From a virus (Duplodnaviria; Caudoviricetes): a DNA stretch of 64,000 bases. The notes beneath the pieces were generated by a model. The model ran no database searches, had not been told where the DNA came from, and saw nothing but the letters and a program-made list of their open reading frames with translations. The stretch is from IMG/VR virus record IMGVR_UViG_3300028048_003170, positions 5,077-69,076 of that record; one strand, written 5' to 3'. The position numbers and the translations under genes were made by a program. Within the stretch, counting starts at the first letter, position 1; each line of letters starts with the position of its first letter. Of this stretch, positions 26,215-35,992 are shown in pieces.

Positions 26215-28757
26215 TAAAATATATCTCGGTCAACAATAGTTTTGTTCATTACATGTGTTCGCAACAGCGGATTTAGGTTCTCTTTATCACTTTCGTCATA
26301 GATGCGAAGTTCGATCAATGAGGCTGAACTGTCTTTCAGAGTGAGTGTCACATTGAATACGCGGTGCAGCAGTTCGGGCTCAATGCTGTTGATCTCCACG
26401 CTTTTCTCGTCCGATACCATCTTGTCCTTGTCCCACAAGGCGCATTTAACTGTACGGGGTTTGACATCGGCCGAAACAGCCTGCTTCTGGATTAACGTAA
26501 AGTGCAGCATGCTCGACACAATGGAAAAGTTCGTTCCTACGAACTCTATATCCACACGCGGTAGTGTTTCTATAGACTCCTCACGAATATGGCTTTCAAT
26601 GATCGGTATTACCATCTCCTGCAATGATGCGCCTCCATGTGCATAGTTGTAACGCCCGTTCGAAGACAACCTGTTGGTACCGAAGGGTACAGCCACCCAA
26701 ATAGATTCATCAGCTTCTATCGCACTTACTTTGTTCAGCGGGAACTTCGTAATGTGTGTTTCTTGAGCTTCTCTATGAGTGAGATAGTATCGGCTGGTGC
26801 GCTCAATACACTCATCGTTGATTTTCTGCAGGTCTTTCTCCTCAAACTTGTGGTCGTTGAAGAGGAAACCATGGTCAGAGGTGATAAAGACTTTTGTCAC
26901 GTTGAATGACACATGAATGCTCTTCACAAGTTTGGCAATCTCAGTGACGGCGTCGCTGCATGCTTTGGTGACCGCCCTCGACGAGTCATACTTGTGTCCG
27001 CTCTCATCAATGTTGTCATAGAACACATACACAAGCCTCGATTTGAATCGTTGCCGGTTCGTGTCCCGTTGCGCGTTGCTCACATCTTTAAAAGTGAAGC
27101 AGTTTGCATCGGGCACATATTTGCGTACCTGCTGTTGGCGTTGCTCGGTTGATACGAGCACCTTGCCATCCACCTCCATTTTGTCTACTACGAGTTTAAG
27201 ATGCTCATGCGGAAGTAAAGCTGTTTTGCAATATTTCGTCTCTGTTGGCAGCATGGCCACAGCGGGGCGGATGTTCACATCGTGTTTTTCCTCAAACAGG
27301 CGACGCATGATTTCCATGCCCACCTCATAGCGAAGTCCGTCTACCACAACCACTGCAGTTTTGACGGTTTCCGGCTTGATGCACTGGTTATAGAAGTCAT
27401 TTTGATGGAGTACCTCTACACCGCCATCACGCAGCAGTGTGTTCATCCATTTCTGGTTGAAGTCGTTACACAGCTGTGCGTATTCCCGGTTCATCTCTTC
27501 TCTTGCAAGCAGAAGCGATTCGCGCACAGACAGGGCATTGTCCTGCTCTGTGAGAACAGCGGCTTCGATGGCCTTACGATAAGCGAAGTCCACCTTCTGG
27601 AATTCGTTGGCATAGAATTTCACATACTCGTTAGCTGTGCTGGGCAGCGACAGCGCCGACACGGCATCAGCAGCCAGATAGAAGCGAGCGATAAGCCGCA
27701 TCATGTTGATGGCATGGGCCACATCGTCACCGATGAGGGGCATCCACCGCTGCTCTGGAGTGAACCTTACTACCGCCTCCGGTTTCTTTTTCAGTTGTCC
27801 CTCAATGATATGTTTCATCATCGGCAGGCACATGCGGGCAGTGACATAGTTAAAGTTGGCACTTGTACCATAGCAGGCAAAGATTTTCTCCTCATCGATC
27901 TCCTCGCTCAAAGCGGTAAAGGCTGTAGCAAAGTCTTTACCATATTTGGCGTGCCGCAGTCCATGCTCCAGCAGTGTCAGCATGGTTTTGTTTGCCAGTA
28001 CGCTGTGTACCTTGAAACGGCGGTAGTCATCCTTATCTGATTCCAGCAGATGCACAGTGAGTACATTGTACTTGATACTCTGTGCTACCTTGCGCATGCG
28101 CAACAGGTCATTGTCATCATAGCACTGGCCAGTGTTGCTCTGTAACCATGAGTTCAAGCCTGCCTTGGCAGGGAGGCAGCGCTTCAAGCCAGAGAACACC
28201 CGATTGCGTTGTGACTCCTTGCCATCGATTGCCATGGCGATTAGAGCGATAGCGACATCTTCCCACGAGAGCATCTCGCTGCTGTTCAGATAGAATGAGA
28301 TGATTGCCCGTTGAGCCAGATCTTCACTGAACTGGCGCTCGGCGAGAAAGGGTGCGATGATTCTCCCTACGCCACCTATGTTGAGCATCGGGATATAGGT
28401 CTCTACTGTTGACCTGTGTTCTTCGGCCAGGCCGTGTTCTTGCATGTATTCTGCGGCATCGTCGAGTTGGAGCACAGCGTTGGCCATCATCTCTCCCATG
28501 AGCGGGAAAGCCTCACGTGATTCAGCGTTTCTTGGCTCTGAGCAGGTGAGGTAGAGAATAATCTTCTTGTCTTTCCATTGGTGCTGAATGTCATATTTCA
28601 CACGGAACGATGGTTCGCAGGCGATAACCAACTGATAGCCTTCGCGCCAAGCAATCTGCTGTAGGTCACTCTCCAGCTGGTGCATGGCATCGAACACGAA
28701 GAGCACCCTCAGCCGATGGTTGCGCTCGAAATAGCGGTATATTTTGTCTTCGATCAT
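26214..28757 (-). CDS. pglZ: BREX PglZ alkaline-phosphatase-family protein
   Basis: AVVVVDGLRYE, LPTETKYCKTALLP, ITSDHGFL, YAHGGASLQEMVIP. Confidence 0.93.
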   Translation of the reverse strand: MIEDKIYRYFERNHRLRVLFVFDAMHQLESDLQQIAWREGYQLVIACEPSFRVKYDIQHQWKDKKIILYLTCSEPRNAESREAFPLMGEMMANAVLQLDDAAEYMQEHGLAEEHRSTVETYIPMLNIGGVGRIIAPFLAERQFSEDLAQRAIISFYLNSSEMLSWEDVAIALIAMAIDGKESQRNRVFSGLKRCLPAKAGLNSWLQSNTGQCYDDNDLLRMRKVAQSIKYNVLTVHLLESDKDDYRRFKVHSVLANKTMLTLLEHGLRHAKYGKDFATAFTALSEEIDEEKIFACYGTSANFNYVTARMCLPMMKHIIEGQLKKKPEAVVRFTPEQRWMPLIGDDVAHAINMMRLIARFYLAADAVSALSLPSTANEYVKFYANEFQKVDFAYRKAIEAAVLTEQDNALSVRESLLLAREEMNREYAQLCNDFNQKWMNTLLRDGGVEVLHQNDFYNQCIKPETVKTAVVVVDGLRYEVGMEIMRRLFEEKHDVNIRPAVAMLPTETKYCKTALLPHEHLKLVVDKMEVDGKVLVSTEQRQQQVRKYVPDANCFTFKDVSNAQRDTNRQRFKSRLVYVFYDNIDESGHKYDSSRAVTKACSDAVTEIAKLVKSIHVSFNVTKVFITSDHGFLFNDHKFEEKDLQKINDECIERTSRYYLTHREAQETHITKFPLNKVSAIEADESIWVAVPFGTNRLSSNGRYNYAHGGASLQEMVIPIIESHIREESIETLPRVDIEFVGTNFSIVSSMLHFTLIQKQAVSADVKPRTVKCALWDKDKMVSDEKSVEINSIEPELLHRVFNVTLTLKDSSASLIELRIYDESDKENLNPLLRTHVMNKTIVDRDIF

Positions 28758-28768
28758 AATTATTTTTA

Positions 28769-31700
28769 TTAGATTTTTGCTAAAACGTCACCAAAAAGGA
28801 CATAGTTCTTGGCCACACCATCGTCGAGGTCGAAGGCAATCTGCCGGTCGGCAACGACCTTGAGACGCTCCTGATATTCCTCGCACTCGTCTATGGCCTT
28901 GCGCAGTTTGTCGGCTGTACTCTGCTTACGGTCATCAAGGGCCTGCTGTAAGCGGTTACGCAGGTTGTCGATGTATGGCAGCAGGTACTTGTGGCGTACC
29001 TGGTCGGCAGTCCATTGCGTCATGCGGTGCATATAGACGACGCACTGGAAGGCGCCTCGCTTGCTGCGGAACAGCCAGTAGATAGGTCGGTTCTGGTAGC
29101 GACTCTTGTGGTCTTTCCAGAAGTCCTTAATCAAGTACTGCTCCAGTGTCTTGCCCAGGCATTGCTCCACAAAGTTGAGGTTCAGGCTCAGCGTCTCGTT
29201 GCCAAAGACGGTTTTCAGGAAGTCGATGATGCGGGCACGTGCGTTGTCGGGGAAGCCACAGTCGGCAGGAAGCAACGGTATGATGCCGTCATCATCGACC
29301 TCGAAGCGGGAGTTGGGCACCTGAGCCTCATACTCCTTCAATCCGTCTCCCTGATTGGCGAGAATCAGCCCGGGCTTGTCGATGCTGTAGCGGCCCATCA
29401 TGCAGCCCACAGCATAGCTGATGAACTGCTTCATGATAACGTCATCATGCCAGACGATTTCATTATTCTCAATCGAGATCTCACCCTGTTGCAGGATGGT
29501 GACCTCGTTCATCGGAACGTCAGGTGTTAGCTCATCCTGCAGCCCATAGATGTCAATGAACTGTCGGTTGAGTTCTTCCTCGTTGGCATGGAGACGCTCG
29601 AAACATTCTTCCCAATGATTCTTGTAGTACTCTAAGAGAACATCGATATGATGCAATGCTTTTTGATCACCGCTCAATTCGGTTTCCTCCCTAAATGTTC
29701 TCAACAGCTCATTTTCCTTGAAGTCCCACGACGTTTCATGAGCGTCCCAATCCTCACGAGAAATCGAAATGTTCTGATTTGTCCTATTCAATATCTCTGA
29801 GTAATCTTTAATTGGTTTATATGGAAGTTTACCTATCATTCCAGCAGTTAGATTAATTGTAGGCGCCAGCATATCGAAAAAGGTCTTTGCGACTTTTGTA
29901 TTAAGATAGCCCATACAGACCTGCAGTTTTTCAATATCTGAGCAAAACATCGAATCTCCAGCTTGATCAAAGAAACAGCCTTGTGGGAATGCTCTAAGAG
30001 TTATACCTCTTGATGCTATTCGATTCCATGTAATACCTGGTTTTTTATAAAATTGCTGATTTCTCAGTACAGAGCTCTTACAGTTTTTGATTTCTTGTCC
30101 ATCATTATACCAATAGATAAAATCATTAAAATTGCCATACCACTTGCGATAATCGCCACCATTAACGAGAGGGAACCATTTAATATTCCTATCTCTTAAT
30201 GATGTTTCAAACCATGCTCTTATATATTTTGCATTGTTACCAGTTTGAAGCCCAGTTGCAGGAATAAACTCTTGGGAAATACAATTTTTATTAATTGTAT
30301 CAATTATTTCATCTGAGAAAGAATAACAAAATGGACAATTGACTATTCCTTTAAATCTATCTTGAGAACACACGAAATGAATTTTTTTCGCGTCGTTTTG
30401 ATGTTCACACTTAAACGAATTGGAACTATATGATGAAAAATTGTATCTAAAATCTGAATTATTTTTTGACGTCAAAAACAACTCACTTATATGTTCAGGT
30501 TCAATTCTATAAAAAGTTCTTTCGTATAATTTAAAGAAATGTGATAAACCTTTGGAATTTTTTTTACTAAGAGTAAAAGAAATTGATCCCCAATCATTTC
30601 CAAAGTTTCCACGCCCCATATGTAACAATGAGTCAATATGAAAGTTATCTAATATGTCTTGACGTAATTCACCAAAAGAGGAATTTACAAGCCATGTCGG
30701 TTGCACAATCATTGAAAGCATTCCATTCTTATCGATACCATTCATGGCCACATTCATGAATGTTGAATACATATCAAAACAAGAAGATTCATAATACTTT
30801 TCAACATATCCCTTTAAATAATCATTCATATTTGTGGCCTTCATATACGGTGGATTCATCACTAGCACCGAATACCGTTCGGTAAGGGCGAGTATGATTT
30901 CAAAGCCATGGAACAAGTTGGCAAAGTTTTCCTCGAACTGATGTTGGATGGATTGTTGATGCAAGCATTCTTTGATGAAATCTCGCGTTTCAGGTGAAAC
31001 ATCGAACTTCATGATTGAGCCCAGGTTATGGGCTTGCTCCATCAACTTGAATGCTTCAACAAGCTCCTGATTGACTTTGTCCGATGGCAATTGTGCTTTC
31101 AGTGCACACATCATGTGGGCACCCAGGTCTTTCCATGTATAGCAATCAACATCAGGCATGTCGAGTACTTGAGGCATGACATGTGCATCGGCAAAGGCTC
31201 GGTCGCGCTGGCATGCTTTAAGCATTAATGCGAAAGTAGCGAGCTGCTTGGCTCGTGTGTCGATATCGATGCCCGTGAGGTTGTGGGTGAAGATGTTCTC
31301 CACTGCCTCGCGCGTGCTGTAGTCCTCATAGTCATAGAGGTCAAACAGCAAATCGAAGCATTCGGTGAGGATGTGGCCTGAACCGCAGGCGAGGTCAGCC
31401 AGTGAAAGTTCAGGCAGTTCCTTGAACTTGTACGTGGCTTCACCGGGACTGGGTTGTGCTGGATCCACGAGGTACTTCCAACGGGGCTTGAAATGCTCTG
31501 TTGCCTCGGGATGGTTGTCCAGGTAAATGCGCCCCACTGTGTTCTGCACCATGTATTTCACAATCCAGTTGGGCGTGAAAATCTGTGTAGCGGCAGGAAT
31601 GTCGCTTGCCTCAGCCTTTACACCTTTCTTGAATGCTGCAAACACCTCACTCTTGCGATCGCTGATGTAGAACTGATAGAGCCATCCGATAAGTTCCGGC

Positions 31701-32326
31701 GAGCGGTAATCGTCGTCATTGATGGCTTCTGCATTGTTGAGCATATCGACGAACTCACCTTTTGCGAGGATATTGTCAGGCAGGAGGAGTTCACTGTAGT
31801 CCTGCATGCCTCCGAAGCAACGGTAAATGATGGGATTGCTGTGGCAATAGGCAGTGATGAGCAGCAGGAACTGGGCATCACGCTCGGCAGCATTGCCAGC
31901 GACATGGCTCCAGCGCAGCTTGTCGTAATCGCTCATGGGCGGAATGTTCATGCCGCGCCGCGCGTCGGCGACAATCTGCGGGATGCGCATTTCATAATCA
32001 GCGTACTCGATGACCGGGTCAATGAGGCCGTTCTTGGCGAGGATGCGGATGGCAGCCAGTCGGTTAAACCAGGTGTAGGCCACGCGCTCGCACACCTCTC
32101 GCACACCGTAGCGTTCTATGTCGCCCTTGAGCGACTGCCAACGGTAATAGAAGCTCTCGTCGCTGATGGGCCGGCCACGGAACATTGTTCCTCCCTGGAG
32201 AAGCACAGGCTCATCGGTGATGTTGCCCCTTGTGTCAAATCCCGTCTGCTGCAGCTTAAGCAGTACGCCCTGTGTGAGTTTAAGCCTTGCGGTGGTGGCA
32301 AAATTTTTTATCTTTGTTGTTTCCAT
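28769..32326 (-). CDS. pglX: BREX adenine DNA methyltransferase PglX, copy 2
   Basis: PAATQIFTPNWIVKYMV, DLACGSGHIL, MNPPY, C-terminal RPIYW and DLDDGVAKNY. Confidence 0.95.
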   Translation of the reverse strand: METTKIKNFATTARLKLTQGVLLKLQQTGFDTRGNITDEPVLLQGGTMFRGRPISDESFYYRWQSLKGDIERYGVREVCERVAYTWFNRLAAIRILAKNGLIDPVIEYADYEMRIPQIVADARRGMNIPPMSDYDKLRWSHVAGNAAERDAQFLLLITAYCHSNPIIYRCFGGMQDYSELLLPDNILAKGEFVDMLNNAEAINDDDYRSPELIGWLYQFYISDRKSEVFAAFKKGVKAEASDIPAATQIFTPNWIVKYMVQNTVGRIYLDNHPEATEHFKPRWKYLVDPAQPSPGEATYKFKELPELSLADLACGSGHILTECFDLLFDLYDYEDYSTREAVENIFTHNLTGIDIDTRAKQLATFALMLKACQRDRAFADAHVMPQVLDMPDVDCYTWKDLGAHMMCALKAQLPSDKVNQELVEAFKLMEQAHNLGSIMKFDVSPETRDFIKECLHQQSIQHQFEENFANLFHGFEIILALTERYSVLVMNPPYMKATNMNDYLKGYVEKYYESSCFDMYSTFMNVAMNGIDKNGMLSMIVQPTWLVNSSFGELRQDILDNFHIDSLLHMGRGNFGNDWGSISFTLSKKNSKGLSHFFKLYERTFYRIEPEHISELFLTSKNNSDFRYNFSSYSSNSFKCEHQNDAKKIHFVCSQDRFKGIVNCPFCYSFSDEIIDTINKNCISQEFIPATGLQTGNNAKYIRAWFETSLRDRNIKWFPLVNGGDYRKWYGNFNDFIYWYNDGQEIKNCKSSVLRNQQFYKKPGITWNRIASRGITLRAFPQGCFFDQAGDSMFCSDIEKLQVCMGYLNTKVAKTFFDMLAPTINLTAGMIGKLPYKPIKDYSEILNRTNQNISISREDWDAHETSWDFKENELLRTFREETELSGDQKALHHIDVLLEYYKNHWEECFERLHANEEELNRQFIDIYGLQDELTPDVPMNEVTILQQGEISIENNEIVWHDDVIMKQFISYAVGCMMGRYSIDKPGLILANQGDGLKEYEAQVPNSRFEVDDDGIIPLLPADCGFPDNARARIIDFLKTVFGNETLSLNLNFVEQCLGKTLEQYLIKDFWKDHKSRYQNRPIYWLFRSKRGAFQCVVYMHRMTQWTADQVRHKYLLPYIDNLRNRLQQALDDRKQSTADKLRKAIDECEEYQERLKVVADRQIAFDLDDGVAKNYVLFGDVLAKI

Positions 32327-32350
32327 TGATCAGCTTGGTTATTGAAGTTT

Positions 32351-32364
32351 ATGGTCTTGTTCTG
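32351..32364 (-). repeat. Remnant of brxC 3' end in the pglX1-pglX2 spacer
   Basis: atggtcttgttctg is identical to 36006-36019; tgatcagc is also shared (32327 vs 35981). Confidence 0.7.
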
Positions 32365-32380
32365 ATAGAAACTCTAATTG

Positions 32381-35300
32381 CTATATTTTTGCTAAAACGT
32401 CGCCAAAAAGGACATAGTTCTTGGCCACACCATCGTCGAGGTCGAAGGCAATCTGCCGGTCGGCCACGACCTTGAGACGCTCCTGATATTCCTCGCACTC
32501 GTCAATGGCCTTGCGAAGTTTGTCGGCTGTACTCTGCTTACGGTCATCAAGGGCCTGCTGTAAGCGGTTACGCAGGTTGTCGATGTATGGCAGCAGGTAC
32601 TTGTGGCGTACCTGGTCGGCAGTCCATTGCGTCATGCGATGCATATAGACCACACACTGGAAGGCGCCTCGCTTGCTGCGGAACAGCCAGTAGATAGGTC
32701 GGTTCTGGTAGCGACTCTTATGGTCTTTCCAGAAGTCCTTAATCAAGTACTGCTCCAGTGTCTTGCCCAGGCATTGCTCTACAAAGTTGAGGTTCTGGCT
32801 TAGCGTCTCGTTGCCAAAGACGGTTTTCAGGAAATCGATGATGCGGGCTCGTGCGTTGTCGGGGAAGCCACAGTCGGCAGGAAGCAACGGTATGATGCCG
32901 TCATCATCGACCTCGAAGCGGGAGTTGGGCACCTGTGCCTCATACTCCTTCAAGCCGTCTCCCTGATTAGCGAGAATCAGCCCAGGCTTGTCAATACTGT
33001 AACGGCCCATCATACAGCCCACAGCATAGCTGATGAACTGCTTCATGATCACGTCATCATGCCAAACGATTTCATTATTCTCAATCGAGATCTCACCCTG
33101 TTGAAGGATGGTTACTTCGTTCATCGGAACGTCGGACGTTAGCTCATCCTGTAGCCCATAGATGTCAATGAACTGGCGGTTGAGTTCCTCCTCGTTGGCA
33201 TGAATCAGTTTGAACTTTTCGATCCATTTAGCTTTATATTCTTCATAGAGTAAATTCAGGTACGCACTAGATGAAGGATTTGATCCTCCCCATGAAGTAG
33301 TGATAGTACCTAATCCACGTTTTAATAAAGAAATCAGTTCATTGGTTTTGAAGTCCCAAGATGTTTCATGTGCGTCCCAATCCTCCTTGCTTATGGCTAT
33401 ATTTTCTTTAACCTTACTAGTAATATCTGATTCTGGTAAGAAAAAAGGAACAGATTCAAAATTTCCGATTTTGAAATGAATTCCCGGGTTGAGTGTTTCT
33501 GCAAAGAAATCTCCCAATTTAGTATTTAGTAGTCCTAATATCTCATATTTACGGTTGCCATCAATAAACGCAGAATTAGCAGACGCGTCAAATATATAGT
33601 CTATGGGATAATATCTGAATGAAGTTCCATTTGACTTTATATCGCTCCATGAAATGCACTCTTTAAAATAAAAGGATTCATTTCTGATTGATGCTAGTTT
33701 TTTACCTTTTGAATCTTTATATGATTTTAGTTCAGAACCATTTTCAAACCAATTAATCAGATATTCAAGATTTCCATACCATCTTCTCTTTCCACCTCCT
33801 TTATTGTATTTATACCATTTTTGAGATCCATTTTGTTTTGCAATAGTTGACCTTGAAATAGAAATTTCAAACCAAAGTTTCAGGAAATAATCATTATTCG
33901 CGGTCGTAATACCATTTTTAGCGGTAGCGAAATCACCAATTTGATGAATGAATAATGAAATTGCCTTTTTGCTTAGCCAATACCCCGTAATGCGATAGCT
34001 AGGAATGGATTTAAATTGGCTCTGACTAACATCAGGATAATAAATTCCTTTGGTGTGGTTTTTGAGCGCATCGAGGAACATCCGTTCTTTGCTGGCGCAG
34101 TCTTTGCCATCAACGACACGGAAATAGTTTGCAGTACGGCTGCAAACAGCTTGGCAACTTGGAATTTCTGGATGGTTGGGGTCTGAAAAATGGCCTGTAT
34201 AAGTCGGATTAACCTTTGTGATGACGAAGGCAGAGTTTTGCACTACTTCACCACTGAGTTCGTCGAAAGTGCGTGTGCCAAGATGCAGGAGCGAGTCGAT
34301 GGTTTGCTCTTCAAGTATCATTATACGCAGGTTCTCAAACGTCGATAGGAACATCCACGAGTGCATATTGATCATTCCGTACTTGCCTTTGTCGACTAGG
34401 CGATTAATGGCCACTTGCATGAACACGGCAAACAGGTCGGCTTTAGCATCCTCATAATTATCCTTGACATACTTTGACAGTGTTGCATCAAAGTGTGCGC
34501 TGCCCATATAGGGAGGATTCATGATTATCGCTGCATACTTTTCACTGAGCGCCAAGATGATTTCAAAACCTTTGAACATTTCGCCAAATTCTTCCTCATA
34601 CTTTGGCGAAGTTTTTTGCTTATCAATGCATTGCAGAATGAAGTCTCGCGTTTCTTGTGAGATGTCAAACTTTATGATAGAGCCCAGTGTGTCGGCATGC
34701 TCCAGCAGCTTGAAGGCCTCCAGCAGTTCCTGGTTCACTTTTTCGGATGTCCAGTTCACCTTATGTGCGTTCATCATGCGGCCACGCAGATCTTCCCAAG
34801 TGTGTCGGTCAACATTGGGCATGTCAAGTACGCGTGGCATGACATGCGCATCGGCAAAGGCTCGGTCGCGCTGGCATGCTTTGAGCATCAGTGCGAAAGT
34901 AGCGAGCTGCTTGGCTCGAGTGTCGATATCGATGCCCGTGAGGTTGTGGGTAAAGATGTTCTCCACTGCCTCGCGCGTGCTGTAATCCTCATAGTCATAG
35001 AGGTCAAACAGCAAATCGAAGCATTCGGTGAGGATGTGGCCCGATCCGCTAGCGAAATCAGCCAGTGAAAGTTCAGGCAGTTCCTTGAACTTGTACGTGG
35101 CTTCATCGGGAGTGGGCTGTGCTGGCTCCACGAGATACTTCCAACGGGGCTTGAAATGCTCTGTGGCCTCGGGATGGTTGTCCAGGTAGATGCGCCCCAC
35201 AGTGTTCTGCACCATGTATTTCACGATCCAGTTGGGAGTGAAAATCTGTGTAGCGGCAGGAATCTCATCGGCTTTATATTGGCCTTTCTTGTCCATCACT

Positions 35301-35980
35301 TCGCTCTTACGATCGCTGATGTAAAACTGATAGAGCCATCCGATGAGTTCCGGCGAGCGGTAGTCCTCGTCGCTGATGGCATCTTTATCGTTGAGCATAT
35401 CAACGAACTCGCCCTGTGCAAGGATGTTGTCAGGCAAGAGGAGTTCACTGTAGTCCTGCATGCGTCCGAAGCAACGGTAAATGATGGGATTGCTATGGCA
35501 ATAGGCAGTGATGAGCAACAGGAACTGGGCATCACGCTCGGCAGCATTGCCAGCGACATGGCTCCAGCGCAGCTTGTCGTAATCGCTCATGGGCGGAATG
35601 TTCATGCCGCGCCGCGCGTCGGCGACAATCTGCGGGATGCGCATTTCATGATCAGCGTACTCGATGACCGGGTCAATGAGGCCGTTTTTGGCGAGGATGC
35701 GGATGGCAGCCAATCGGTTAAACCAGGTATAGGCCACGCGCTCGCATACCTCGCGCACGCCGTAGCGCTCTATGTCGCCTTTGAGCGACTGCCAACGGTA
35801 ATAGAAGCTCTCGTCACTAATAGGCCGGCCACGGAACATCGTTCCGCCCTGCAGCAGTACGGGCTCATCGGTGATATTGCCCCGTGTGTCAAATCCCGTC
35901 TGCTGCAGCTTAAGCAGTACGCCCTGTGTGAGTTTGAGCCTTGCGGTGGTCGCAAAACGCTTTATCTTTGCCGTTTCCAT
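32381..35980 (-). CDS. pglX: BREX adenine DNA methyltransferase PglX, copy 1
   Basis: Same motifs (DFASGSGHIL, MNPPY); N- and C-termini near-identical to copy 2, central TRD region divergent. Confidence 0.95.
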   Translation of the reverse strand: METAKIKRFATTARLKLTQGVLLKLQQTGFDTRGNITDEPVLLQGGTMFRGRPISDESFYYRWQSLKGDIERYGVREVCERVAYTWFNRLAAIRILAKNGLIDPVIEYADHEMRIPQIVADARRGMNIPPMSDYDKLRWSHVAGNAAERDAQFLLLITAYCHSNPIIYRCFGRMQDYSELLLPDNILAQGEFVDMLNDKDAISDEDYRSPELIGWLYQFYISDRKSEVMDKKGQYKADEIPAATQIFTPNWIVKYMVQNTVGRIYLDNHPEATEHFKPRWKYLVEPAQPTPDEATYKFKELPELSLADFASGSGHILTECFDLLFDLYDYEDYSTREAVENIFTHNLTGIDIDTRAKQLATFALMLKACQRDRAFADAHVMPRVLDMPNVDRHTWEDLRGRMMNAHKVNWTSEKVNQELLEAFKLLEHADTLGSIIKFDISQETRDFILQCIDKQKTSPKYEEEFGEMFKGFEIILALSEKYAAIIMNPPYMGSAHFDATLSKYVKDNYEDAKADLFAVFMQVAINRLVDKGKYGMINMHSWMFLSTFENLRIMILEEQTIDSLLHLGTRTFDELSGEVVQNSAFVITKVNPTYTGHFSDPNHPEIPSCQAVCSRTANYFRVVDGKDCASKERMFLDALKNHTKGIYYPDVSQSQFKSIPSYRITGYWLSKKAISLFIHQIGDFATAKNGITTANNDYFLKLWFEISISRSTIAKQNGSQKWYKYNKGGGKRRWYGNLEYLINWFENGSELKSYKDSKGKKLASIRNESFYFKECISWSDIKSNGTSFRYYPIDYIFDASANSAFIDGNRKYEILGLLNTKLGDFFAETLNPGIHFKIGNFESVPFFLPESDITSKVKENIAISKEDWDAHETSWDFKTNELISLLKRGLGTITTSWGGSNPSSSAYLNLLYEEYKAKWIEKFKLIHANEEELNRQFIDIYGLQDELTSDVPMNEVTILQQGEISIENNEIVWHDDVIMKQFISYAVGCMMGRYSIDKPGLILANQGDGLKEYEAQVPNSRFEVDDDGIIPLLPADCGFPDNARARIIDFLKTVFGNETLSQNLNFVEQCLGKTLEQYLIKDFWKDHKSRYQNRPIYWLFRSKRGAFQCVVYMHRMTQWTADQVRHKYLLPYIDNLRNRLQQALDDRKQSTADKLRKAIDECEEYQERLKVVADRQIAFDLDDGVAKNYVLFGDVLAKI

Positions 35981-35992
35981 TGATCAGCGTTA

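Noticed and set aside
28769-35980. Invertase-driven pglX shufflon
   Set aside because: Copies are direct and full-length, and no site-specific recombinase or inverted repeats were seen in the locus
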